The notes beneath the pieces were generated by a model. That model was not told the DNA's origin, searched no databases, and saw only the letters and a program-made list of their open reading frames with translations. Position numbers and translations under genes: made by a program. Of a stretch of 64,000 bases of DNA, positions 1 to 9,500 are shown piece by piece (the stretch's first letter is position 1; each line of letters begins with the position of its first letter). Location of the stretch: positions 62,001 through 126,000 of IMG/VR virus record IMGVR_UViG_3300032516_000001. One strand, given 5' to 3'.

Positions 1-37
1 CGCCTACAGTAATAACTGATCTTAATATTCTTTCCAT
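1..37 (-). CDS. 5' end of a gene running off the window (MERILRSVITVG...), product unknown
   Basis: ATG at 37-35 overlaps the TAA of the upstream ORF (TAATG coupling); frame is open to the window edge. Confidence 0.55.
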   Translation of the reverse strand, partial: MERILRSVITVG

Positions 38-924
38 TAATCCCTATTCCCAAACCTCTTGGGTTTATTTACCCCGCTACCATACATTGCCAATGGATCC
101 ACACTTGCGTCAGAATCGGGTACGGACCGAATTTTCTTGGTGGGTTTTTCTTTGGTCTCCTTTGGGTTATCCTGGGCTTCACCCACTATAGCTTGATAGT
201 CAGCCAGGTCGGGTCTAAAGCCCCCGGGAGCGGGTGCGGAAATCCCAGAAGAAATAGAGACTGCCATGATGTTTTGCGAATGCCCTTTCTCATCCACAAA
301 ATCATTGACTATAGTCCTAGGTAGAATTCGCGGGATACTCGTCTTCTGGAATGCCGTATTTAATAACTCAGAAATCGATTCTGACCAGGCGTGACTGCCA
401 TTTACGAATGGTTTATCGATATTCGATATGACCCATGTCGGCTTATCTCTGTCCAATCTATAGGATAGAGCTTCCTCTAGGGCTCCCGGGGCTGCCTTAT
501 TCTTATAATGCATTTCATTAAGTCTAACTGCCATGAGATCCGGCAGGTCCATCAAGTCTTGGAGACTATTATATACTTCAAGGTTTTCGTCATCATTCGA
601 CGATATGCCTCGAGCCGACCTCGAGGCCGCCCCCACATAAACATCTCTGATTTCTCGATCACTAGTTATTTTTATAAATTTATTCGGATATTTCAACATC
701 ATTATTTTGATGATAGCTTTGATATCATTCCAAGAGGATATTACATAGAGTGATCTATCAATTAACTTGATGACTGGAAGTTGTAAATGAGGAAAGGTTA
801 CCCGTGCCTTCCTTATGTATGGCGGCATCTCGGCCGCTCTTCTGCGAATATAGGCGCAGATACACTCATACAACTTACCGTCTTGTTCGATAATGCCCGA
901 ATCCCCACATTTTTCGCAGGGCAT
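37..924 (-). CDS. DnaC/IstB-like helicase-loader homologue with N-terminal Zn-binding motif and degenerate Walker motifs
   Basis: N-terminal CEKC...CIC; C-terminal half (PDLMAVRL...ALEEALSYRLDRDKPTWVISN) follows the DnaC/IstB pattern DLLILDD...R....PTIITSN; no GxxGxGKT. Confidence 0.5.
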   Translation of the reverse strand: MPCEKCGDSGIIEQDGKLYECICAYIRRRAAEMPPYIRKARVTFPHLQLPVIKLIDRSLYVISSWNDIKAIIKIMMLKYPNKFIKITSDREIRDVYVGAASRSARGISSNDDENLEVYNSLQDLMDLPDLMAVRLNEMHYKNKAAPGALEEALSYRLDRDKPTWVISNIDKPFVNGSHAWSESISELLNTAFQKTSIPRILPRTIVNDFVDEKGHSQNIMAVSISSGISAPAPGGFRPDLADYQAIVGEAQDNPKETKEKPTKKIRSVPDSDASVDPLAMYGSGVNKPKRFGNRD

Positions 925-1238
925 CAGCCCTTAGCCCTTCTGAAAAAATCCTCTTTCGGGCCCTCAAGCCCACAGGATAAGCATTTGGTCGCAAGCGAGT
1001 CTCTGCCTATACCTGCTTCATTATAATATATTACAGCTTTGTCTAAGAACACTACGTTGGTTCTACGACATCTAGGATCAGGACAAAACGGGCCAATGGA
1101 TGCCTCTTTATATTCTTCATACATCTCGCCACAAGTTCGACACGGATGTTTTTGCGGTTCTATTCCTGCGGCAACAGGGCAATCGCTTTCCCCGTATTTA
1201 CAACCATGGATTATGCAACAATGAGTAGCGTGTGACAT
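924..1238 (-). CDS. small Cys/His-rich hypothetical protein (probable Zn-binding)
   Basis: HCCxxHGCKYG..DCPV, CRTC, CPDPRC, CLSC; TGATG overlap with downstream gene. Confidence 0.7.
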   Translation of the reverse strand: MSHATHCCIIHGCKYGESDCPVAAGIEPQKHPCRTCGEMYEEYKEASIGPFCPDPRCRRTNVVFLDKAVIYYNEAGIGRDSLATKCLSCGLEGPKEDFFRRAKG

Positions 1239-1255
1239 ACCATCAAAAAATACAT

Positions 1256-4200
1256 CTAAATGGAACTGAGATCGATATCAATTAATTGGGCTGGAGGCAC
1301 TTCATGCTTTGCGGTTGAAATCTTCGGCTTATTCTTGGCGCTGTGTATTTTTCTTGCTGGCGTTGCTTTGTCCGAATGCTCTTCTCGTATAGATTTGAAA
1401 ATATCCATAGTATCAGAAACTTCAAGGCCGCCATGAAGTGTATCTCCGGCAACCTTGTCTATTAACTTTTTCTTGGATTTTAGTGTCTTCAGTACATGAT
1501 GATCTATAGTCTTCTTTCCATTTCTTCTGATCGCCATAAGATGCGTCACCATGACCATGAGGTGGTGCGATCCGATGCGGATCATGCGCCCAGTTGTTTG
1601 CGCGTAGTCTCCAAAGCTCCACGGCATGTCTACAAAAATTAAATGTTCAGCTGATTGCAGATTGATGGATTCGCTTCCTGCCGTCGTAATGAGTATAATA
1701 TTAGTGCCAGAATTCGGATCTTGGAAGATATTCTTCGCTATTTCTCTATCCTTTGCTTTATTCTCCTTACCCGTTATCCTGACACACTTAATATTATTCT
1801 TAATCAATTCTTTCTCGATAAGTGATACCATCTTCTCGAATCTAGAGAAAACGATCGTCTTGGTATCACAGAGTTCATTCTGAAACAAATCTAGCAGAGT
1901 ATTGAGTTTGGATGATTCTCCCTCAAACGGAACGCCATTCTCATCTGCGATGAGCTGTGGGGCGTTTGCCGCTTGCTGAACCATGACCATGGAAGATAAA
2001 ATCTCAGCAGACGATGAATCATCGTCGTTCTTATTTAGTAAACCGACTTCTGCCAAGTCGTATAGCTCTTCTTGATCGGCCGTAAGTTCGCAGACAAGTT
2101 CTCGAGTAACGAGCTGTGGTAACTCTTTTGCGACCTCATGTTTACGCCGTGAAAGATAATACGGTTCAATCAGCTCGATGAATTTATCCAAATTTTTGTA
2201 ACCGACGACGATCGGTACCTTTCTACCTCCACCGATAGGTTGCAGTTTAGTTACACAAAATTCATTCATGAAATGAGAGACTCTAGGAAACAGCTTGGGT
2301 TGAATTATTCTAAATATAGAGAAAAATTCCATGAGCCGATTTTTAACCGGCGTGGCCGTCATGCCGATGACTCTATTGCTTATTGCTGCCACATCATAGC
2401 ATGTGGCGTGGATTTTTCCTCTATAATTTTTGACAGTATGAACTTCATCCATTACAAACATTAACTTGGCATTAGGATGGAGTTTCTGCATTTCCAATAT
2501 ATAATTCATTATGCCCGGCACAATTTTGGGCGGAGCAATTAAGTCGCTCAGTGTTTTAATTGAATTATCGGATTCTTTAACTGCTTCTTTTAACTGTAAT
2601 GTATTGAGCAGCATCTGCTCATCTTTATCATCCCACATGCCCGGTCTGGTAACAGGAGCAGAGGCGCCAAATTGAGCAGCTATGTTAAGCCTATCTTTAA
2701 CATGTTCTTGGATACCAAATGGTCTCTCATTGAAATGCGCTTGAAAAGCAAACTTCCCACTCTCGAAATTAGATAAGATTTGCTTATGCTTCAATTTTGC
2801 TTGTTTAAGTTTATTCTTCGTATCTTTATCGGGCTTTTCCGATCTATCCTTGACCACAGATTCACGTAAATCCTTAAATAGAATTTCGTATGTCAGAATT
2901 AGAAGTCGTTTGCTATCTTTGTTGTAGTTGAGAAAGAAATCCTGATAAATATTATCGCGTTCAAACGGTTGGCCTTCAACTGTGACGGTGCTCATACCGA
3001 CTAGAAATTTTTGGACTTCACTTCCCCATTGATGCAAAGCTGACTTTTTGGCTATGATAATAGGTACATACTCGGGTTCTTTAAGCCAAATATAACCAAT
3101 AGCACTTAATGCTTCCAACGTATTGTGGGTAACAATGAAATGATTCGTTACATATAAATCATTCTCAGCTTCTACACTAATACATACACATTCTGCTTCA
3201 CGAGATAACTCAACCTTGGCAATATAACGAATTGGAGGGTATTTGGTTCTTGGTACCCATCTCGATACTTTTCTTGGAAGATAAAACGGGAGAATACTGT
3301 TTGGAAGAGAAATCGTGACTGTATACGCAAGCCGTCCATTCTTTGCTCTAGATTTACCACGCAAAGTCGGCATTTTAGATTTGACTTTAGCTACACCTCC
3401 TAGCGATTGAATGAGATGAACGAAGTCGTCAACAAGAGTTTTGTTTGATGAATAGAATTGTGTAACTTTTCCATCTTTAGATACATAACCGTCTGTATCC
3501 ATCAAACCTCGTAACAATTCAATTCTCTGTGATACCGATGCTAACAAATATATTGATGGAATAAATTTAGTATACCAATTCTTTTTCATCAGACCGAGTT
3601 CTATAATTCCACGTTGTAAAGAATTTCTCACTCCGGCTCTTCCGATTACGCTTATTGTTATTCCGTCTTTTTTTCTAGTTCCGAATCTACAATCGGCTGG
3701 GAGCCTAGATCGAACTAAATCAAAAAGCTTTGGATCTCCATTCGATACAGCTATAGTTCCGGGCAAAGACCCGCCCCCCAGCAAAACTCCTAGTAAATAC
3801 GGATCAACTGGGAGATGTTTTTCGGTAAACTGGACTGGTTCAACCATTGGGATGGACCACCGACGACCAGTTAATCTATGACAACGTAACAAACCTGCAG
3901 CCACAATGTGTTTTAAGGAAAAAACTTTCCAACCACCGGAACGGCGGGTGTTTCCAGTACGAACTGTCCAAAGGTGATCTTCGCAACATTCTGCACTTGA
4001 GTCATCAGACATTGTAACTTTATATATGTCTTTACGACCTTGGGGGAAAATCCCGCAAATTTTAGTCGGTTTTCCATCAGATCCGATGACACAATCGCCT
4101 ACAGCCAGTTTTCCGATTTCGGTCCAGCCAGAAGGCGTTAAAACGTTCGCATCAATAGGCTGAGCCTTCCCAAGTCCACAGTCGTCCCCCAAAAGAGACC

Positions 4201-4369
4201 GTTCCACCATCAATAAATTTAGAATGCCTGACTTTTGATAATTACGAAGAGCGACCGGATTCGTATTATCATATTCATCGACATATTCGGATTTCAAATA
4301 TGGCGACGGTTTTAACTGGGGGTCAGCAAGGGTGCGGATGGATCTAAGTTTTTCGAGTACTTCGTTCAC
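1256..4369 (-). CDS. SNF2-family (SF2) helicase/ATPase containing an intein
   Basis: LRNYQ Q-motif, LLGDDCGLGK|T motif I (split by intein), FVMDEVH motif II, GMTATP motif III, IVFS motif IV, TAGSESINLQ motif V, QTTGRMIRIG motif VI. Confidence 0.93.
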   Translation of the reverse strand: MNEVLEKLRSIRTLADPQLKPSPYLKSEYVDEYDNTNPVALRNYQKSGILNLLMVERSLLGDDCGLGKAQPIDANVLTPSGWTEIGKLAVGDCVIGSDGKPTKICGIFPQGRKDIYKVTMSDDSSAECCEDHLWTVRTGNTRRSGGWKVFSLKHIVAAGLLRCHRLTGRRWSIPMVEPVQFTEKHLPVDPYLLGVLLGGGSLPGTIAVSNGDPKLFDLVRSRLPADCRFGTRKKDGITISVIGRAGVRNSLQRGIIELGLMKKNWYTKFIPSIYLLASVSQRIELLRGLMDTDGYVSKDGKVTQFYSSNKTLVDDFVHLIQSLGGVAKVKSKMPTLRGKSRAKNGRLAYTVTISLPNSILPFYLPRKVSRWVPRTKYPPIRYIAKVELSREAECVCISVEAENDLYVTNHFIVTHNTLEALSAIGYIWLKEPEYVPIIIAKKSALHQWGSEVQKFLVGMSTVTVEGQPFERDNIYQDFFLNYNKDSKRLLILTYEILFKDLRESVVKDRSEKPDKDTKNKLKQAKLKHKQILSNFESGKFAFQAHFNERPFGIQEHVKDRLNIAAQFGASAPVTRPGMWDDKDEQMLLNTLQLKEAVKESDNSIKTLSDLIAPPKIVPGIMNYILEMQKLHPNAKLMFVMDEVHTVKNYRGKIHATCYDVAAISNRVIGMTATPVKNRLMEFFSIFRIIQPKLFPRVSHFMNEFCVTKLQPIGGGRKVPIVVGYKNLDKFIELIEPYYLSRRKHEVAKELPQLVTRELVCELTADQEELYDLAEVGLLNKNDDDSSSAEILSSMVMVQQAANAPQLIADENGVPFEGESSKLNTLLDLFQNELCDTKTIVFSRFEKMVSLIEKELIKNNIKCVRITGKENKAKDREIAKNIFQDPNSGTNIILITTAGSESINLQSAEHLIFVDMPWSFGDYAQTTGRMIRIGSHHLMVMVTHLMAIRRNGKKTIDHHVLKTLKSKKKLIDKVAGDTLHGGLEVSDTMDIFKSIREEHSDKATPARKIHSAKNKPKISTAKHEVPPAQLIDIDLSSI
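3122..4165 (-). mobile_element. 348-aa class 3-type intein with LAGLIDADG homing endonuclease domain, inserted in Walker A of the SNF2 helicase
   Basis: Starts AQPIDANVLTP right after GLGK, ends FIVTHN followed by Thr; block B EDHLW, block F CVCISV; LAGLIDADG motifs YLLGVLLGGG and LLRGLMDTDG. Confidence 0.92.
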
Positions 4370-4390
4370 ATCATAATGTACAATTAACGA

Positions 4391-5011
4391 TCAAGTATCT
4401 TGTATGGTTTTTACTTTGATCAAATTTAATAGGTCTTGAATTTGTTCTCTGCTGGCAGGTCGAGTCGCTACCGGTTCTTTGATTCTATATTTATAGGAAC
4501 GGTTAATTTTATCTATAGAGTTATTGATTAATATAAACAATGACTTAACCTTAATCCCTCCCTTGATCTGTGCATACCATGCCATGGTTTTGTCTATGGA
4601 CGCCCCGGATATCTTAGTGACATCCTCCAATAATTCAATTTTCTCGGGATAGGTTAAAAAATCACAGGTTATAATCGCATCTTGGACCTTTTTAACATTC
4701 ATATGTTTAATTTTGGCTATAATAACAATAGAACTTGGGGTAGTAAGTTTATTTTTAATCCTATAGATAGTCTCGGATATTAATCTGTCTTCTACTCTGG
4801 ATAAATCACCTTTTCCTATTTTGATTGCGCGCTCGCAACACCAAAGATTGATATTATCAGACGACAATAGTTTATCGAGTAATGCATCTAGTATTTCTGG
4901 ATGAGTAACTTCCTCTAATAACTTGGTAATAGTATCCGGTCTACCAACTCCATCGATCAATACTCTTCTTAATCTTTGAAGCTGATTAACCGATAATTCA
5001 CATTTTACCAT
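4391..5011 (-). CDS. hypothetical protein, helical
   Basis: 206-aa ORF filling the gap between neighbours on the coding strand. Confidence 0.7.
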   Translation of the reverse strand: MVKCELSVNQLQRLRRVLIDGVGRPDTITKLLEEVTHPEILDALLDKLLSSDNINLWCCERAIKIGKGDLSRVEDRLISETIYRIKNKLTTPSSIVIIAKIKHMNVKKVQDAIITCDFLTYPEKIELLEDVTKISGASIDKTMAWYAQIKGGIKVKSLFILINNSIDKINRSYKYRIKEPVATRPASREQIQDLLNLIKVKTIQDT

Positions 5012-5018
5012 CGATCCG

Positions 5019-5045
5019 AAAATACACCGATCATTGGTGTATTTT
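5019..5045. terminator. inverted repeat, possible intrinsic terminator at the boundary of late and replication genes
   Basis: AAAATACACC-7 nt-GGTGTATTTT, 10-bp perfect inverted repeat in the intergenic gap. Confidence 0.45.
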
Positions 5046-5356
5046 CATTTGACATTGCAGACTGTTTCAATTTCTGAACATGTTTTTACTTGTGTTAGAC
5101 AATCGGTATTCCAAAACACCCCATTTGCATGCTGATATTTACAAAAATCCACACATGACATAATCCCACCATCTGTTACAACAACGGGTTTCGATTCTTC
5201 GCATGCTATCATTGCTATATGATCACATGCCGCATTACATTTATCAGCACCAGAAACCGGTGTCACATGCGGATTAATCGGAGGAGCAGGAGGAACAACA
5301 GGAGATGGGCACCCACAGCAAGCCATCAAAACAAATACGAGAAATATGTTTCTCAT
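5045..5356 (-). CDS. Cys-rich lipoprotein
   Basis: MRNIFLVFVLMACCGC signal peptide with lipobox-like Cys, Pro-rich linker, then 8 Cys (CxxxC pairs). Confidence 0.7.
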   Translation of the reverse strand: MRNIFLVFVLMACCGCPSPVVPPAPPINPHVTPVSGADKCNAACDHIAMIACEESKPVVVTDGGIMSCVDFCKYQHANGVFWNTDCLTQVKTCSEIETVCNVK

Positions 5357-5380
5357 CTTCCAGTCCTGTCCTATAAAGGA

Positions 5381-6010
5381 CTAGTACAGTGCGAAGTAAA
5401 CACCTAAGTTCATAGTAGGTATGAATTCTGGATAAATCTTATCATACTTAACGAGGAAATCAACATTCGTACCAAAATTTTTGGTTATATCAATACCAGT
5501 TCCTAATCCAAAACCCGCGGTACCAGCGTTTATTGCCAGATTCCAAATCCCAACATGGAAAAAATCGATCCCAAGTGCTGTATGATAAAATACCTCAAAT
5601 TCCTTGTCCCTGATACTACGAACAATTTCAGGAGCAAGAACTCCAAATTGCGCTCGAAGTCTAAATCTGAATACTGGATCTTCAGGTTCTTCTCGATAAT
5701 ATACTCTAATCGGTAATTGCGCTTCTAAGTCCCTGCTTATAGTGTCTCCGATTGTTAGCTTTAACTTTATCGGGTTCTTCTCACCACCATTTATATATAC
5801 TCTCTGCTCCCAATCTTCGATAATAGTTATGGGTTCAATATCTAACTGAGCTGGAGAATCTTTAATATTTTTCAGTTCCTTAAGAGCAGCCACGATCTGC
5901 TTCTGCTCTTCTTCAGTAAGACACACCTTATAAGGTGGAGGGCATTCAGGTTGTTGAGAATAGGATACGGACGGAATTAATAAAATAAATAGTGGTATTG
6001 CACGTTTCAT
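5381..6010 (-). CDS. secreted / outer-membrane-type protein with C-terminal amphipathic beta strands
   Basis: Sec signal peptide (MKRAIPLFILLIPSVSYS), short coiled coil, about 6 alternating beta strands, aromatic C-terminus LGVYFALY. Confidence 0.6.
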   Translation of the reverse strand: MKRAIPLFILLIPSVSYSQQPECPPPYKVCLTEEEQKQIVAALKELKNIKDSPAQLDIEPITIIEDWEQRVYINGGEKNPIKLKLTIGDTISRDLEAQLPIRVYYREEPEDPVFRFRLRAQFGVLAPEIVRSIRDKEFEVFYHTALGIDFFHVGIWNLAINAGTAGFGLGTGIDITKNFGTNVDFLVKYDKIYPEFIPTMNLGVYFALY

Positions 6011-6528
6011 TTATTAATTTTACCTAACAAATCATCGAGTTCGTGGGAACTAATACCGCCATCATTCCGTTTTACTTCATAGATATTGGGCGTGATCCTA
6101 ATCACTTCCTTAACGTCTTTATTGGTAACTCCGATGGGTAACGGGATTGCAACCTCACCTTTTTCCGGATCAATAATTTCAACAACATTAGGATCGCTAA
6201 AGATCCCAGGTTCTTTAATATCAGTCGATACTGGAGCTTGGACATACCCACCAGTATCTGAGTGTCCTGGCTGAACGGGTTTTCCGTTTTCATCGACCCT
6301 GCCGGTGGGAACAACGTCTCGAGTCGTTGGTTTGTTGCTTACACTCTTACCCCAAAGTTTAGCGAGCAATCCTCCGATTTGTAACTTTTTACCATAAACA
6401 AGGAATGCAGTCGCAATGATAATTATGAATATAGTGATGATCGTTGCCGCGGGATAGCGAAGAAACCACGTAAATAGCGTCTTGAAGAACGACTTAATAG
6501 CTTCCCAGATCTTTATCAGATAGACCAT
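6007..6528 (-). CDS. membrane protein with a single N-terminal TM helix
   Basis: PAATIITIFIIIIATAFLVY hydrophobic helix; overlaps both neighbours. Confidence 0.7.
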   Translation of the reverse strand: MVYLIKIWEAIKSFFKTLFTWFLRYPAATIITIFIIIIATAFLVYGKKLQIGGLLAKLWGKSVSNKPTTRDVVPTGRVDENGKPVQPGHSDTGGYVQAPVSTDIKEPGIFSDPNVVEIIDPEKGEVAIPLPIGVTNKDVKEVIRITPNIYEVKRNDGGISSHELDDLLGKINK

Positions 6529-9500
6529 AATACTCCAAGGTTAGCACTCATTCTCACTATGTGCCCAAAGGTAAAAGCCGCCGGACTTGCGGCTGATTGT
6601 CCAGTATGACACCCCATCAACGGAGGAGCAAAGGTAGGAGACACGAGACCCGCAGGTGCAGCCCCGCTAATTATATTAACCCAGAGTACGTTCCAAGCGG
6701 TGTTGCCAAATACATTGCCCATTATCATACCTTGGGGTGCACTGTCGATATTGAAATCTATAGTTTGGATTCGCATTTGGAAAGCACCAGCAGTGCTGTT
6801 ATCACCACAATAGTTATTCGTTATTTGTATCCATGAACCACTTCCCCATTGACCAGATCCTATATACACTCCTGGGATACCGAAACCAACAGCATTATTG
6901 TGTACATTATTATCTTCTAGAACGATCTTCAAGACTTGAACGGCAGCCGTATTCATATGTATGCTTATTCCTTGTAAAATATTATTATAAATATGGTTAT
7001 TTCTGAATGTTACGCCTATTTGTTGATTGGCCTCAGCGCTAGTAAGTTCGAAACCCTCCTTATTAGCGGCAAAGGTACTATTTTGAATTACTAAATTATC
7101 GGTAACGACGGGCGATCCGGTATAAAATTGGTTAGTACCCGCTTGAGGAATGAGAAAAGCGTATGAACCATTGCTGAGATCGGAGCATTCGAAACCACTG
7201 ATAAATATGTTAGAAAAATCGACAGCATTTGCGCTTGGTTCATAAGATATGACAGAATCAGAGTGTAACGTACCTGGATCACACGGATTAACACGTATAC
7301 GCCAGTCTCTAATTGTCCCGCCCCTTGTGGTAACGGTTCCCGTTGCGGGCCTCAATCTGACCCTTTGCGGCGGATAGACACCGCTTCCAGCTAACACTAT
7401 GTCTTCCATCGAAACATCATTTACATAAATCCGATTATACCTAATAAATACATCACCGATCGCAGATGCACCAGCAGTGAGTCGCACCAGGTTCTTAAAT
7501 TTAACATGTTCTAAAATCAATTTGGTGCTGGCGTATAACGCGAAAGCCCCCCATTCAGTACCTGGAATAGTAGTATCTACGCCAGTAGCCCAATAGCCTA
7601 CTTCACCTGTAGCTATACCATAATGAGGAGATCCATTACTGAATCCTAATTCAACATTCTTAATTGTTATATTCTCTACACCAAGAATAGTAAATGGATT
7701 AAATAAAGTATTGACTGATGGGCATAACCAACTACCACCATCAATTATGACATTCCCAACACGTGCAAATTCAGTGGTTGTGTCAGATACTATGTTGCCA
7801 TTATTGACTGGCAGCAAATGGATTAATACGCTGACGGTAGAAGAACCGCGATTGGCGACAACAGTACAGTCTTTCCATTTCATTTCTTCTATATTTATAC
7901 CGGTGCCAGTGTTGTAACAACTTCCAATCGGAACTAAATCAATTACTCCGCAATTTCCAGCCAACATCCCACCACTGTTAATAGTCGATCTCAATCCAAT
8001 ATTGCATCTCTCAAATAGCACTCTCGAAATGGTTGTAATCGGGATATCGAAAGCATCCGCATATACTCTAAGAATAGGCTTGCTATTAACCATAACAGTA
8101 AGATCGCAGTCTATACATGTTATTTGTTTGATAGTATCACCATCTCTAAGTATTACACTAATATTCTCGAACCAATTCGTTAAGAATGAACACCGATTCG
8201 CCATAAATTCGGCATTAGTTAATTGCATCGTAACGTATGTCACATCACAATCGGTCATACATACGAATGGGATGGTACCGGAACCAGGGGATGTGACCTC
8301 GACAGCAGAATATGCACCGGATTTACCGTAAAGAGTGATGTTATTCAAATATAAATCTGCCCCTACGGTATTCGTTATGATTGGTGTAGCATCAGTCGAA
8401 TTTCTGATAGTTACTCCACCACTTCCTTCGATTGTCAATCTGCCAATAGTGGCTGGCACAGTAATGGAAGTATTGGCTGCGCTTACTATGTATGTTCCTT
8501 CTTTGCATTGGATCCGCATCGTATTAAGTACAGATGCTGGTGCAGCTGAATAGAATGCTATCGCTTGTTGGATGGCATTCGTTCCATTAAAATCACCGAA
8601 ACTATTTATTCCATCGCCAACAGTCACGGTCCAGGCAGCATTGACTTTTCGAAGTAGACTTGGGCTCTGCATGTTCGCATATTTTTCGAGTATGCGAACA
8701 TATTTAGAATTAACATCAGATAATGTGAGATATTCGGGTCCACCAGTTGATATTCCGGCTGCAACAGTATTATCATCTGCGAAGACTAAATCTGGATCAC
8801 CATATAAAAGCGTACTAGCAGCTAAGGTTGCCTGATGATTATACCCCGCAGCAGATCTTTCAACCCGGAATGGAATGACGCCGCCACCGACATCACGATG
8901 TATCCGAACATTAAACGCTACTGTTGCTGCATAAGAATTATCAGGATCAACATCTACTGTAAATGATGCCGACTTCGCTACCGGGTTGCCATTAGTTCCT
9001 GGCGTTTCAATAATACTGGCGACCAAAGCAGCTACAGTGTTATAACCAGATTTAAAATTACCACGAATGAATTTTGCAAATGTTCTACGCGCTTCTTCAT
9101 ATGCTGGTCTCAATAACTGAGCGTCAATTTGACCATATTGATTTATTAATACGGACTTACCTATATCGGCTACCCCTCTTGACATTCCATTAGTCATGCC
9201 ATAATATCTAATATCAGATAAGGTTGGATCAGAAAAAATCAAGCCAGCTGATAGAGCTCCCTCTTGATTTGCCCCGGCTGTATCATTATTAAATTGTTCG
9301 ACAATTGATTCAGCAGCAGGATCAACTTCACCAAATTCCAAAGCCTCTGGAATCAGGGCTTGAATTTGAACTTGTGTCGTTATAGGGATCGTCGTAGTTG
9401 GAGTGACTCTTAGATCGGGGAAGTTTATTTTTTGCTCACCATTATCTATACCAACAGTGGTAGCAGCGGTAAGGCCCATTCGGGTGAGTGTGATAGCATT

